From an uncultured virus (IMG/VR IMGVR_UViG_3300025530_000290) (Duplodnaviria > Heunggongvirae > Uroviricota > Caudoviricetes), in the IMG/VR virus record IMGVR_UViG_3300025530_000290: a DNA stretch of 64,000 bases; one strand, 5' to 3'. The notes under the pieces were generated by a model. The model was not told the DNA's origin. It did no database searches and was given only the letters and a program-made list of their open reading frames with translations. Below are positions 9,662 to 19,641 of this stretch, piece after piece. Position 1 is the stretch's first letter. Every line of letters begins with the position of its first letter. The translations under genes were made by a program, and so were the position numbers.

Positions 9662-10063
9662 TCAGTTGTGGATGGCGTCCTCGTAGGCGGCGATCAGCTC
9701 GGCCGAGAGCCGCCCGCGGACGGGCACGTCGATCCCCTGCTCGCGGGCCCAGGCGCGGACCCCGGCGGCGTCGTACGTCCCTGTGGGCTTGCTGCGGCTG
9801 CGGCGCTGGGCGCGGAGCTGCCTGATGCGCGTCTGTAGCTGCTTGATTTCGCGGTCGATCGCGGCGATCGTCTCGCGTCTCCGGGCCACCTCGTCGTGGC
9901 GCCGCTGCGCCTCGGTGATCTTGCCGCGTAGGCGGTTGATCTGCTGGGTGGTGCGGCGCAGCGTCTGCTGGACGTCGCGGTCTGGCAGGGCGGCGGCGAC
10001 GGCGAGGAGCGCATCGACGCTGTCGATCTCTGTGATGTTCGGGCTATTCGGGCTATCGGTCAT
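9662..10063 (-). CDS. Lsr2-like DNA-binding protein (coiled coil + Lsr2 C-terminal domain)
   Basis: VRAWAREQGIDVPVRGRLSAELIAAYE. Confidence 0.85.
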   Translation of the reverse strand: MTDSPNSPNITEIDSVDALLAVAAALPDRDVQQTLRRTTQQINRLRGKITEAQRRHDEVARRRETIAAIDREIKQLQTRIRQLRAQRRSRSKPTGTYDAAGVRAWAREQGIDVPVRGRLSAELIAAYEDAIHN

Positions 10064-10464
10064 GCGTTCTCCTCTTGCGGGTGGACGGTGATCGTGCAGT
10101 TGAGGGCGTCGGCGTAGTCCTCGACGGTGGAGGCGCGCACGACGGCCGGGCGGGAGCGGGCGTAGACGCAGAACATGTAGACGGCGCCGAAGGCGACACG
10201 GCGTGCGTCGGCGACTGTTTTGTGTCCGCGGCGCTCGGCGCGTTCTGCGAGCGCCGCGGGTATGTCCAGGCCGGTGGCGATGATGGTGCCGCTGCTGTCG
10301 CGCAGGGCGATGGTGTGGCCGATGGCGTGGGCGTAGTCGACAGCGCGGCCCCAGCGGGGGCTGCATGCGCCGCGTTCCCAGCGGGAGACCTGGGGTTGGG
10401 CGGCGCCGAGGGATTCCGCGAGTTGCTGCTGGGTGATGTCGCGTGCGGCACGAAGCTGGGGCAT
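10060..10464 (-). CDS. XRE-family HTH protein
   Basis: LRAARDITQQQLAESLGAAQPQVSRWERG. Confidence 0.75.
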   Translation of the reverse strand: MPQLRAARDITQQQLAESLGAAQPQVSRWERGACSPRWGRAVDYAHAIGHTIALRDSSGTIIATGLDIPAALAERAERRGHKTVADARRVAFGAVYMFCVYARSRPAVVRASTVEDYADALNCTITVHPQEENA

Positions 10465-10477
10465 GACGGTTCCGGGT

Positions 10478-10822
10478 CTAGGCACTGTGCAGCTCCTGGC
10501 TGGCCTGTTGCTGTAGTGCAGTGAGGGCGGCGGCGTAGCGCTGGACCTGGCGGACGGTGACGCCGAGCTCGAAAGCGATCGCCTCGTTGCTCGGGCGGGG
10601 GCGGAGGGCATCGAGCTGGGCGTACCGCTCGAGCATGCGCCGACCGCTCGGGCTGGTGGGGACCCAGATCCGTTCGGCGGGCTGGACGGTGCGGGGGAAC
10701 TTTTCGAGCGTGCCGTGGACGCTGTGCCACTGGTGGCAGCTCGCCCTCAGACCCCGGCCCTTGTGCGTGCCCGGGCGCCCGCAGCAGACGCAGTTGACGG
10801 TGCGGTACCGCCTGGCCATCAC
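10478..10822 (-). CDS. Zn-finger/HTH phage protein
   Basis: CVCCGR...CHQ; SNEAIAFELGVTVRQVQRY. Confidence 0.6.
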   Translation of the reverse strand: MMARRYRTVNCVCCGRPGTHKGRGLRASCHQWHSVHGTLEKFPRTVQPAERIWVPTSPSGRRMLERYAQLDALRPRPSNEAIAFELGVTVRQVQRYAAALTALQQQASQELHSA

Positions 10823-11373
10823 GCATCCACCTCCGGCCAGCGGACCGAGCCGAGCGCGGCACGATGCGTCGACGGCATGGCCGCGAGCGGGCAGCCCAGG
10901 TAGTCGGCGCCCATCGCGGCCAGCACCACCGCGTCGGCCAGGTTGTCGTCCCCGCCGGTTTCGTACTGGGGGAAGCGGCGGGTGACGGCCTCGATGACCG
11001 CGCCCTTACCGCTGGCTGCTCCTCCGGCGCGGCCGAGGGCGTACCGCTTGAGCGCGGTGGGGGTGACCTCGGCGACGGGCACGTTGGCGGCGCGGGCGAG
11101 GTGGACGATGCGCCACCACAGGCCGGCCCGCTCGTTAGCCCCGCCGTATGCCTTGGAGAGCGCCGGCTGCTCGACGACGAGCAAGGCAGGCATCGGGTTG
11201 AGGATGCCGGTGATGATCGTGTCGGCGAGGTCGAGCAGCGCGTCGGCCCGTTCGTGCAGATGGAGTTTGAGGATGCCGGTTCGGCCGACCCGGTGGCACC
11301 AGCCGTGGTTGTCGGCGAGGCCGGTGCCGGTGAGGGAGATGTCGGCACCGACGATGCGGGGCGTGCTGGTCAC
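10819..11373 (-). CDS. RuvC-like Holliday junction resolvase
   Basis: IVGADISLTGTG, VVEQ, VTPTALKRYALG, DDNLADAVVL. Confidence 0.85.
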   Translation of the reverse strand: MTSTPRIVGADISLTGTGLADNHGWCHRVGRTGILKLHLHERADALLDLADTIITGILNPMPALLVVEQPALSKAYGGANERAGLWWRIVHLARAANVPVAEVTPTALKRYALGRAGGAASGKGAVIEAVTRRFPQYETGGDDNLADAVVLAAMGADYLGCPLAAMPSTHRAALGSVRWPEVDA

Positions 11374-11717
11374 TGCTGCTCCTCGATGGCTCGGCTGCGG
11401 GCACGGTCGGCCCAGTCCGCGGCCGCCAGGAACGCCATGCCGATCCGCCGCGCCGTGCCCGGCTCGAGCGAGATGACGTCTCCGCCCCAGACGTGGGGGT
11501 GGTCGACGAACACGCACGAGCTGGTGTCGGAGGGGTCGTCGACGCGGATGGTCCACGTCTCCGCGGGCTGCCAGACCGGGCCGGGCAGGCTGTCCGACGG
11601 TGGGGCGATACGGTCCGGCCGCGGCTTGACGGCGGTGTCGATGTCGGCGACCAGCCCAGCGGCTTCGCGGCGGACCGCTGCGAGGGCAGCAACCAGCGTG
11701 TGGTGCGGGGTCGTCAC
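11370..11717 (-). CDS. Hypothetical phage protein
   Basis: GTGA-coupled ORF. Confidence 0.5.
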   Translation of the reverse strand: MTTPHHTLVAALAAVRREAAGLVADIDTAVKPRPDRIAPPSDSLPGPVWQPAETWTIRVDDPSDTSSCVFVDHPHVWGGDVISLEPGTARRIGMAFLAAADWADRARSRAIEEQQ

Positions 11718-11977
11718 GGCTTCTTCTCCCCGCTTCCGCTGATGCTGGTGATGGTGACGTGCATCTTGGGAGGGCGGCCCCAGTCGACGGCGCGCACGAG
11801 CCTCGCCCGCGGCACCACCGGGTAAAAGGTCACGTCGGTGTCGCCGCAGGAGCACCTCCACTGGCCGCGCGCCAGGCCGACGGTGTGGGTGGTGCCGCTG
11901 GTGGTGACGTGGGCGCGCATGACGTGCGGCCCGGCGGCGCCGGGTTCGGTCCCGGCGTAGACGACGGTGATTCTCAT
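11714..11977 (-). CDS. Hypothetical phage protein
   Basis: ATGA-coupled ORF with WRCSCG motif. Confidence 0.5.
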   Translation of the reverse strand: MRITVVYAGTEPGAAGPHVMRAHVTTSGTTHTVGLARGQWRCSCGDTDVTFYPVVPRARLVRAVDWGRPPKMHVTITSISGSGEKKP

Positions 11978-12369
11978 CGGTCGGTGTCCGTGGTCGTGGT
12001 CGTGGTGGTGGTGAGTTCGCCGAGGCGGTCACGCAGCGCCGCGTTCTCGGCAGCGACGATCTCCAGGGCGCGGCGTGTGCGCAGCAGATCGCCCTCGTAG
12101 CTCGACAGGCCCAGTGCCCGCTCGGCGGCGACGGCGGCGTCCCCCGGACGTCCCTCGCGGAGGTGCGTGGTGACCTCGTTGAGGCCGTCGGCGAGACGGT
12201 CGGCGAGCTGCCGGGCATGGTCGCGTTCCCGGCGGTACCGGTCGCGGTCGGCCCGCGCCTTGGCCAAATTGGCGTTCAGGCGCCGCCGGTAGCACCAGTG
12301 CTGGGCGGCGGTGATGCAGCCGACCGCGAGCGGCACCACGACGAGGGTGACGGTGGCGAGCACGCTCAC
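11974..12369 (-). CDS. Membrane-anchored coiled-coil protein
   Basis: N-terminal hydrophobic helix then coiled coil; GTGA coupling. Confidence 0.5.
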   Translation of the reverse strand: MSVLATVTLVVVPLAVGCITAAQHWCYRRRLNANLAKARADRDRYRRERDHARQLADRLADGLNEVTTHLREGRPGDAAVAAERALGLSSYEGDLLRTRRALEIVAAENAALRDRLGELTTTTTTTTDTDR

Positions 12370-12581
12370 CCGCGGGCCTCCTGCGCCTGGCCGTCGCCGC
12401 TGTCCCAGGGCCAGCATTCGCGGGCGGCGCGGTACAGCGTGTAGACCGCGCCCAGCCACGAGACGCCGGCGGTGAGCAGATCAGCCGACAGGTTGCCGGG
12501 GATCAGGAACGCGGCGCCGGTGCACCAGAGGGTGATGGTGACGAACATGAGGGTGATGCCGAGGTAGATCCGGTAGATCAC
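12366..12581 (-). CDS. Small membrane protein
   Basis: Two hydrophobic segments; GTGA coupling. Confidence 0.5.
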   Translation of the reverse strand: MIYRIYLGITLMFVTITLWCTGAAFLIPGNLSADLLTAGVSWLGAVYTLYRAARECWPWDSGDGQAQEARG

Positions 12582-12916
12582 GCGTTGCCTCCCATCAGCG
12601 AGCCGAACAGAAGCGCGGCGGGGCGGCCCGCCCACCCGTTGCCCTCGGCACGCCGGTCCTGCTCGAGCTGGTCGGCGATGTGGTCGGGCAGGGTGATGCC
12701 GTGCCGGTCGAGCAGGGCGCGCAGATCGTCGATGGTGGTGATCTCGCCGCGGGTGGTGCCGTGCCAGAACACCTCGATGTCGTCGCCGTCCGGGTCGTCC
12801 GCCGGCGGCCGGTCGAACGCCATCGCGAAGAAGGTCTCGAGGGGCCGGTCCCAGCCGACGGTGATTTCCCGGCCGTCCGGGGTGCCGGGCGGGTTGGGGA
12901 TGGTGTGGCGGCTCAT
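12578..12916 (-). CDS. Conserved hypothetical protein
   Basis: ITVGWDRPLETFFA motif; RBS upstream. Confidence 0.6.
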   Translation of the reverse strand: MSRHTIPNPPGTPDGREITVGWDRPLETFFAMAFDRPPADDPDGDDIEVFWHGTTRGEITTIDDLRALLDRHGITLPDHIADQLEQDRRAEGNGWAGRPAALLFGSLMGGNA

Positions 12917-12983
12917 TTGGCGTCTCCCTTGGGTTTGGCGTGGCGGGGCTTGTACGGGCGGAACAGCCGCCAGATCCGGCGGA

Positions 12984-13511
12984 TCACTGGTTCGGTCCTT
13001 TCTCGACGGGGTCCCAGACCGGGTTCCGCGGTTCCCCCGGCGGCGGCGCCATCAGCCGGTCGATCCGCTGCTGCAACTGGTCCGCATCGGGGGGGATGTC
13101 GAGGGGACGGGTGAGCCCGTCCCGCGCCTGCGCCTCGATCGGCTGCAGCGGCTGCGTCCCCGCGTCCGCTGGCGCAGGCCACACCTGCACCCCCGGCGCA
13201 GGATCGGGCGGCAGCGGCGGCAGCTCGGCGCCGATCCGCGCCAGCAGCTGGGCGAACCCCTCGGCGAGGGCGCGCTGCTCACCGGCGTGGTGCTCCTCCT
13301 GCGCCGCCTCACGCTCGAGCTGGGCAACCTCGTTTTGCAGGGTGTGGATCTGGGTGAGCTTGCGCTGGATTTCGTCGCGCAGGGCGGCGGCCCGCGCCAG
13401 ATGCGCGCGCTCTGCGGTGGCGTGCGCGACGAACGAAGCGCTGTTGGTCTCGACGACGGCGCGCCGGGCCGCCTCGTTCGGGAACTCGACTAACGGGTTG
13501 TCCTTGAACAT
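12984..13511 (-). CDS. Coiled-coil phage protein
   Basis: MFKDNPLVEF..., heptad-rich. Confidence 0.55.
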   Translation of the reverse strand: MFKDNPLVEFPNEAARRAVVETNSASFVAHATAERAHLARAAALRDEIQRKLTQIHTLQNEVAQLEREAAQEEHHAGEQRALAEGFAQLLARIGAELPPLPPDPAPGVQVWPAPADAGTQPLQPIEAQARDGLTRPLDIPPDADQLQQRIDRLMAPPPGEPRNPVWDPVEKGPNQ

Positions 13512-13595
13512 GCGTGGTCTTTCTGGTCGTTGGGGCTGGGGTGTGTCCCGGGCCGGGCCCCCGATGCCGGCCCGGGACACACGCGGAACTGGCGA

Positions 13596-13979
13596 TCAGC
13601 CGTCTAGGCAGGTGTGGGCGACGCGGGCGGCGTTCACCTCGGCCCAGGTGCGGCCGCCGACATCGCTCACGCGGCCGCGGCAGGCGGCGCAGCGCAGCAC
13701 CGCGTCGTCGAAATACATCGCGGCCACCGCCAGCTCGGCACCGCCGTCCGCGCGCTCGAACACCGCGCGCATCGCGCGCGCCTCCCGCTCAGCGCTGTCG
13801 GCGCGCCGCCGAGCCAGCTGGTAGTCGATCCGCGCCTGGTGGGCGTCGCGGCGGGCCTCCACCAGCTCCGCCTGGAGCCGCTCGACCTCGGCGCGGAGCA
13901 GCTCCGCCTCGCCGCCGAGGAGCATGCGGAGGCGGGCGGCGGCGGCGCGGACCTTCTGGCCGATGGTGCGCTCACGCAT
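13596..13979 (-). CDS. Hypothetical phage protein
   Basis: RBS GGAGG, coupled ORF, CAAC motif. Confidence 0.5.
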   Translation of the reverse strand: MRERTIGQKVRAAAARLRMLLGGEAELLRAEVERLQAELVEARRDAHQARIDYQLARRRADSAEREARAMRAVFERADGGAELAVAAMYFDDAVLRCAACRGRVSDVGGRTWAEVNAARVAHTCLDG

Positions 13980-14229
13980 CGCCCACCTCCTCGCCGAGGA
14001 TGGCGCGGGCTACGGGGAGCCCGGCCGCGGCGCTGGGGCAGTCCGTCCAGTCCTGCGTCCAGTACTCGTCGGCGGCCGCCTCGAGCCAGCCGGCGATCAG
14101 CTCCGCAACATCCGGCCGGAACACCACCGACACGTCTAAGGCACCGGTCATGCGCTGCGTGGACGCGGCGACGAGCTCCCGCAGGTGCGCGGCGGCGGCG
14201 CGCATGGTTTCTACCTGGGACGGCATCAC
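13972..14229 (-). CDS. Hypothetical phage protein
   Basis: Coupled ORF in early operon. Confidence 0.45.
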   Translation of the reverse strand: MMPSQVETMRAAAAHLRELVAASTQRMTGALDVSVVFRPDVAELIAGWLEAAADEYWTQDWTDCPSAAAGLPVARAILGEEVGDA

Positions 14230-14465
14230 TCACCGTCCCATTCGGCCGCGGCCTCACGATCGATGATGGCCTCACCCTCCGCGTAGCCGATCCCGGCCGC
14301 GCGCAGCGGCGGGCACGGCCACGTCACCACCTGCCCAGGCTCATTGACCTCGACCGGCGTGCAGGCCTGGCAGAAGGGGTCGCCGCCGAGGAGGGGCAGC
14401 TCAAACGGGTGCTGCGCGAGCAGAGCGGCCTGCTCTGCCGACGGGGTGAAGGCGGGCTGGCTCAC
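14226..14465 (-). CDS. Hypothetical phage protein
   Basis: Coupled ORF, CQAC...WPC motif. Confidence 0.5.
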   Translation of the reverse strand: MSQPAFTPSAEQAALLAQHPFELPLLGGDPFCQACTPVEVNEPGQVVTWPCPPLRAAGIGYAEGEAIIDREAAAEWDGE

Positions 14466-14740
14466 CGCTCCTCACCTCCTGCGTCGAGGACCACCCGGGC
14501 GACATCCACGGCCCGGTCGAGCGACAGCAGCGCGTCACACTCCTCGACCTCACACGCGGTGCACCACCGGTGGTCCGGCGCCCGCGGATGATCGGGGTCA
14601 ACCGTGTGTGCCTCGGCGAGGACCGCCGCCTGCTCCAGCCAGGCCGCGAGCGGACCGGCCAGGCGGCCGAGGCCAGCGCGGTGGTGCCGCAGGGAGTCAG
14701 CCGCGGCACGCAGCAGCACCTCAGGCGAGGTGATACTCAT
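14462..14740 (-). CDS. Hypothetical phage protein
   Basis: Coupled ORF in early operon. Confidence 0.45.
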   Translation of the reverse strand: MSITSPEVLLRAAADSLRHHRAGLGRLAGPLAAWLEQAAVLAEAHTVDPDHPRAPDHRWCTACEVEECDALLSLDRAVDVARVVLDAGGEER

Positions 14741-14819
14741 TTCCAGTAACGCTCCAGGTAGGCGAGGGTGATCAGGGCGGCGGCCCAGATCACGGCCTGG
14801 GCCGCCAGCTCTCCGGTGC

Positions 14820-15983
14820 TCACGCAGGCTCCTCGCCCGGCACGTCGCCGGCGCTGAGCCTGCGCAGGAACTGCTCCAGGTCCTGCTCCGATGCGGTCTC
14901 CGGCGTCACACCGCCGCTGTACCGCAGGAACGCCTCCTGCAGCTGGGGCATGGTGCCGGGCCAGGCGGCGACGATCTGCTGCCACAGCTCGCCCCGCCGC
15001 CCGTCATCGGGGACGGCCAGCTCGGCCGCCTCAGCCGCCTCGAGCTCGGCGCGCCGGGCCGCGATCGCCGCAGCCACCGGATCATCGTGGTCGTCCAGCG
15101 GGACCCCGGCGCGCTGGGCGCGGCGCCACACCTCCCGCAGCTCATCCAGCGTCGCCGCGCCGTGGGCGGCGGCGACGAGATCCTCGCTGTCCTGGCCGCC
15201 GGTGTCAGGGTCAGGCCGCGGCCCCTCAATCGCGGCCTGCCCCTCACCCGACCCGCCGACAGCGGCCACCGGAACACCAGCCCCCGTCGCCAGCACCCGC
15301 ACCGCGCCCGACAGCACCTGGCCGGCCGTCGCCCCCCGCAGCTCGACCGCCACCACCGGGAAATGCTTCGTCTGGCCATTCGCGACACGGGTACGCTGCT
15401 CGATCCGCAGCCGCACCGGGATCAGCGCATCAGCACCGATCGACCCCTTCAGCACGTCGACCGCCGCGGCCATCTCATTCGCCGCGTAGTACGAATGCGT
15501 CTCAACCCGCCACGCACCGATGTCCGGCATCTCCGGCAGGATCACGTTGAGCCGCGTAGTGATCTTGCAGGCCGCGTCCCGCGGAGCGGTCTCCCAGAAC
15601 GCATCACCCCACTTGGCGCGGCACACGCACGGCTGATCCGTGATCGTCTCGGTCATGCCGTCGCAACGGCGCTGCGCACCACCGCGCGTCCAGTACTCAT
15701 ACGACTGCGACAGAGGGTCCCCCGGCGGCAGAAGCGCATCCAGGCAGGTGGCCTCCGTGATCACCCGGTACTGCTGGGCGCCGTTCCCGAGCGGCTGCCA
15801 CGCCTCCACCTGGCCGCCCCACACCTTGGCCGCGGCCTCCAGGTAGTGCTTGGCGTGGCTGGTGATGATCCACGTTGAGGAGCGCACCGGCCGCGGCTTG
15901 GGCCCGGAGCAGTCCGTGTAGCCGGTGCGGAGGCGGCCGAGCTCGCGCGCCTGCCGCTGCAGAGTGAGGATTCGTCCTGCCAT
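14820..15983 (-). CDS. Actinophage recombination protein (Gp3/RDF-like family), partner of the adjacent exonuclease
   Basis: ILTLQRQARELGRLRTG...YEYWTRGGAQRRCDG...CKITTRLNVILPE...WRVETHSYYAANE. Confidence 0.7.
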   Translation of the reverse strand: MAGRILTLQRQARELGRLRTGYTDCSGPKPRPVRSSTWIITSHAKHYLEAAAKVWGGQVEAWQPLGNGAQQYRVITEATCLDALLPPGDPLSQSYEYWTRGGAQRRCDGMTETITDQPCVCRAKWGDAFWETAPRDAACKITTRLNVILPEMPDIGAWRVETHSYYAANEMAAAVDVLKGSIGADALIPVRLRIEQRTRVANGQTKHFPVVAVELRGATAGQVLSGAVRVLATGAGVPVAAVGGSGEGQAAIEGPRPDPDTGGQDSEDLVAAAHGAATLDELREVWRRAQRAGVPLDDHDDPVAAAIAARRAELEAAEAAELAVPDDGRRGELWQQIVAAWPGTMPQLQEAFLRYSGGVTPETASEQDLEQFLRRLSAGDVPGEEPA

Positions 15984-15985
15984 GC

Positions 15986-16975
15986 TCAGGCCACCTCCTG
16001 GGCCTGGGAAGTCCGTGTGGGCGGGGTCAGGGCCTGGCCGACGACGTTCTTGGCCAGGCCGCTGTGGAACTCGGCAACCTGCCGAATGTGAAGAAAGGCC
16101 TCGAAGACCTCGTCACCGCACCGCAGCGGGTACAGCCTGTACCCCTCCGGGCGCAGGTGCAGCACGACACCGATCTCGTACGCGCGGGGCAGCTCGACGC
16201 GGGTGCCGTCGCGCAGCCACCCGTATTCGGCGCGGCGGTAGGCGGCCATCTGCACGCCGGCCTCCGGGTAGACGCCTTTGATGCCGCCGCCGTAGGTGCG
16301 CTCGCCCAAGGCACCGCCAGTCTTGGTGTCGCCGAGCAGCACCGCGTCGGCGGGGGCGCCGATCGCCTCGGCGATCAGCTCCGAGCGGAGCATGTAGTCG
16401 AGCGTCCCGGCGTACCCCTCGGTGTAGTTGGCGACCACCATCTCGGACGCCTCGAACTCCACCCGCCAGTCCCGCACGAACGCCTCGAAATTGGTGGTGT
16501 ACGGCGCCAGCTCGGGGTCGGCGAGGATCTCCTCCGGGACCGGCTTGCCGAGGACCTTGGCCTCGATCAGCTGGTGCACCGCTGATCCGATCGCGGCCCG
16601 CTCGTCCTTCTTGCGGGTGTGGGCGTGGCGCAGCCAGTCGTAGGCTTCCTTGGCCTTGACGGGGTCCATGGACGCCTGCACCAGGCGGGGCAGGTTGTCC
16701 ATGGCGGTCTGGGCGACGATGTTCCCGGCCCAGTGCGTGACCGCTTCTTTGGGCGAGCCCTGGCCGATGATCGTGGTCACCGACTTGAGGTATCGGCCGG
16801 TGACAGGGCACAGGTAGTAGCCCGACGCGGAGCGGCGGGGGATGCGGGCCGGGCCGACGGGCTGGCCGGAGCCGGTGCAGGGCACCGGCCCGGCCGCATG
16901 CTTGCGGATCGTCCCGGTCTTGTTGACCCGCTGCTGGGTGCCGCACGCGGGGCAGGCGGCACGCTCGGCGCTCAC
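15986..16975 (-). CDS. PD-(D/E)xK Cas4/RecB-like exonuclease
   Basis: SVTTII, GSAVH, YAGTLD...GDTKTG...QMAAY. Confidence 0.85.
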   Translation of the reverse strand: MSAERAACPACGTQQRVNKTGTIRKHAAGPVPCTGSGQPVGPARIPRRSASGYYLCPVTGRYLKSVTTIIGQGSPKEAVTHWAGNIVAQTAMDNLPRLVQASMDPVKAKEAYDWLRHAHTRKKDERAAIGSAVHQLIEAKVLGKPVPEEILADPELAPYTTNFEAFVRDWRVEFEASEMVVANYTEGYAGTLDYMLRSELIAEAIGAPADAVLLGDTKTGGALGERTYGGGIKGVYPEAGVQMAAYRRAEYGWLRDGTRVELPRAYEIGVVLHLRPEGYRLYPLRCGDEVFEAFLHIRQVAEFHSGLAKNVVGQALTPPTRTSQAQEVA

Positions 16976-17388
16976 TTGGCGGCCTCCTGCCTGGCCGGGC
17001 GGGTGGCCGGCACCAGACCGGTGATCACCACATCACGGTCCGGCAGGTGCAGCACGTCACCCACCTTCAGCTCGCGCACCTTCACCGGCCACCCCCGTAC
17101 GGCGGGCGGTAGTCGCTGACCAACGGCCGCAGCCAGAGCCGCGCTTCACGCGCGGCCGCGCGCTCGGCGTCCCGCCACCGCTGGCGGCTACGCCACCAGC
17201 CGGCGATACGGCGACGAACCGGGCCCATCTGCTCGACGGGGCGCGGGGCGCTCACACTCACGCCACCTCACCCCCAACCGTGTCCTCGGCAGGCTCCTCG
17301 GCGCGGTCAGCGATGGCGAGCTCGGCGCACCGGCGCTGCCAGGCCGCGCACAGCTCCTCGACCCACTCGGCAGGAGGCATGGGTGTGG

Positions 17389-18021
17389 TCACTCCCCCAC
17401 CCCCTCGGCCACCGGCGCCGGCCGGTACTCCAAAACCAGCGGGCCGCGCGCCTTATTGACGTCCTCCCAGCGGGTCAGCTCGCCGTCGGAGCTGGCGCCC
17501 ACGAGGTACAGGCCCCGCAGGGCGCGGCCGGCGACCCGGACCGCATGCCAGCGGAAACCCCGGCCGTCCCTCCAGATGTCGCCCGGCTGCGGGGTGCCGT
17601 CGGCCGGCACCAGCCGGTCGACGGAGACGGCGCCGGTGCGGCGGGGGATGCCGATCAGGTGTCCCTGCAGGTCGACCACGAACCGGTCGCCGCGAACCTC
17701 CACGACCGTGGTGTCGTGCAGGGTGATGTTGGCCGTCTCGCCGATGACCAGGGGGTTGTCCAGCCGCCGGGGGGCGCCGGCGCGGGTGGGGGTGGTTTCG
17801 GCCAGCAGCGCATCGGCGCGCTCGGCCGCGGCGATAGCCCGCTCGTCGATGGGATCGGCGGCGACCCGGGCGGCCTCGGCCGGGGTCAGGTTTGGGTGGT
17901 CGGCGGCGACGAGCGCCGCGGTCAGCGCGGTGCGGGCGAGCGGCGGCAGCGGTCGCAGGGCGTGGGCGACGGCGTGCAGGACTCGGTCGCCGGGCTGTGG
18001 AGGGGGTACTGTAGGGGTCAA
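17389..18021 (-). CDS. Hypothetical phage protein
   Basis: RBS AAAGGAG upstream; PQPGDIWRD motif. Confidence 0.55.
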   Translation of the reverse strand: MTPTVPPPQPGDRVLHAVAHALRPLPPLARTALTAALVAADHPNLTPAEAARVAADPIDERAIAAAERADALLAETTPTRAGAPRRLDNPLVIGETANITLHDTTVVEVRGDRFVVDLQGHLIGIPRRTGAVSVDRLVPADGTPQPGDIWRDGRGFRWHAVRVAGRALRGLYLVGASSDGELTRWEDVNKARGPLVLEYRPAPVAEGVGE

Positions 18022-18102
18022 CGTCCCAGCTCCTTTCGATGGGTGAGGTGCTGGATGTCGTGGCCCCCGTCTACGGGCGGGGGCCTATGCACGTCGCGGG
18101 TT

Positions 18103-18630
18103 TCAGGTGGCGCTGGGAGCGCGCCGCCGGCCGCGGCCAGATGTCTTGGCGGGTGTGCGCTTCTTGCCGGCGGGGCTGGGCAGCTCGCGGATGGACCGCA
18201 CTCCCCACGCGTCGGCGATCTCTTTGATCTGCTGCAGGGTGAAGCCGTAGGCGCGGCCACGCCAGGTGAAGGGGATCTCGCGCCGCGCGGCCTTCTTCTC
18301 CAGCACGGCGACCCCGACGCGGAGCATGTATGCGGCTTCATGCTTGTCGTAGATGACCCGGGGTAGCCGGTGGACGCAGTCGCAGACGTTCTGCTCCTCG
18401 TCGAGGAGATCGTCGAGCTTCACGCCGAGCGCTTTGACGATGGCGTGGAGGGCTTTGGGGGTGGGGCCGAACGTTCCCCGTTCGATCCGGCTGATGATCG
18501 TCCGGTCCATGGGGTGGCCGTTCTTGGTGCACAGCTGGGCCAGATCGTCCTGGCTTAGGCCCTGGCGCTCCCTCAGCTCTCGCAACCGGTGGCGCGAGAA
18601 GGGGAGACCGAGGCGCGCTCTTCCTGCCAT
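18103..18630 (-). CDS. Cro-like XRE HTH fused to an excisionase-like HTH
   Basis: LRELRERQGLSQDDLA...ISRIERG; second domain YDKHEAAYMLRVG...ARREIP...FTLQQI; divergent from repressor. Confidence 0.75.
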   Translation of the reverse strand: MAGRARLGLPFSRHRLRELRERQGLSQDDLAQLCTKNGHPMDRTIISRIERGTFGPTPKALHAIVKALGVKLDDLLDEEQNVCDCVHRLPRVIYDKHEAAYMLRVGVAVLEKKAARREIPFTWRGRAYGFTLQQIKEIADAWGVRSIRELPSPAGKKRTPAKTSGRGRRRAPSAT

Positions 18631-19008
18631 GACCGCACACTAACGCTCGGTATCGAAATCGTGCAACATGCTCGCTCATCATGCCCGCAATCGATACTGA
18701 CATGCGACTTTTCCGGCAACAAAGTCACCGGTAGACGTGCACGCGTGGCCACTTACGGCCTCCGAGCTGCCTCCGCGGCCCAACACGACCGCTCATCATG
18801 CACGCTTCCAGGACACTAGTTGCGATCTTCAGCGTGTACACAGCGCCCACGATGTGCACTTGGTCCTCATGAGCGACTTTCTTGCAGGTCAGACCGGAGT
18901 TCCTTTAGGGCTAACAGGGGTCCCCAGCGAGCGGTTATGTGCGGTACAGTGCGGTACAGTGCGGTCGGTCGTTGCCGTAAATCTGCCGTACATGCCCTGG
19001 AGGTCCGC
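18631..19008. promoter_or_regulatory. Divergent immunity control region with repeated motifs
   Basis: CGCTCATCATGC at 18673 and 18790; tandem GTGCGGTACA at 18939, 18949 plus partial at 18959. Confidence 0.55.
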
Positions 19009-19428
19009 TTGCGAAACCCGCGAGACGACACACCCCTCGGCTACCACCTAGACAAGCGGCGCCAGGAACTGCAGCTGTCGTGGGAAGAGGTCGCTGACCG
19101 GGTTGGTGTCACCACCGGGCACCTCCGGCGCATCCGCAAAGGGCTAGCCCGCTTCTCCGCACCTGTAGAGGCCCGGCTGGAGGACGTGATGGGCTGGCAG
19201 CCCGGCAGCATCCGGGAGATCATGAAAGGCGGCCGGCCAACACTTCGCGCCCCCCAACCGGCGGGCCAGCTCGCGATCGAACTCGTCGATCTCGGCGACG
19301 GGAGCACGGTCACCGTCCCAGTGCCGCCTGGGCTCTCAAAGCACGCCAGGAGCATCGTGGTTGAACAGGCGAGGAAAATCGCGGAGCAGCTGGCGGGGAT
19401 TGAGGGATTAAGGCACACACGCCATTAG
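19009..19428 (+). CDS. Immunity repressor (XRE HTH)
   Basis: TTG start after GGAGG; LDKRRQELQLSWEEVADRVGVTTGHLRRIRKG...GWQPGSI; upstream of int. Confidence 0.75.
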   Translation: MRNPRDDTPLGYHLDKRRQELQLSWEEVADRVGVTTGHLRRIRKGLARFSAPVEARLEDVMGWQPGSIREIMKGGRPTLRAPQPAGQLAIELVDLGDGSTVTVPVPPGLSKHARSIVVEQARKIAEQLAGIEGLRHTRH

Positions 19429-19641
19429 CGCATGAAAACCTTGATCACAAAGATTACCAATGTTACAGGTCTTGCGGCAAGATTCGGAAAGGAGCAGTAT
19501 ATACGGGCATCTCTAACGCCTAGTTGCAGGAGGCACAAAGTCGTGCTCCGCGTCCACACCCGGCTGGTCCCTCCGGAGCTCTTAGCAGGATGGCTAACCC
19601 TGTTCCGGCTGTGGCCCTGCTGTGGAACGGTACACACCTAT

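Noticed and set aside
15986..16975. cas4 as part of the CRISPR system
   Set aside because: Lies in the phage recombination module 16 kb away; typical phage PD-(D/E)xK exonuclease
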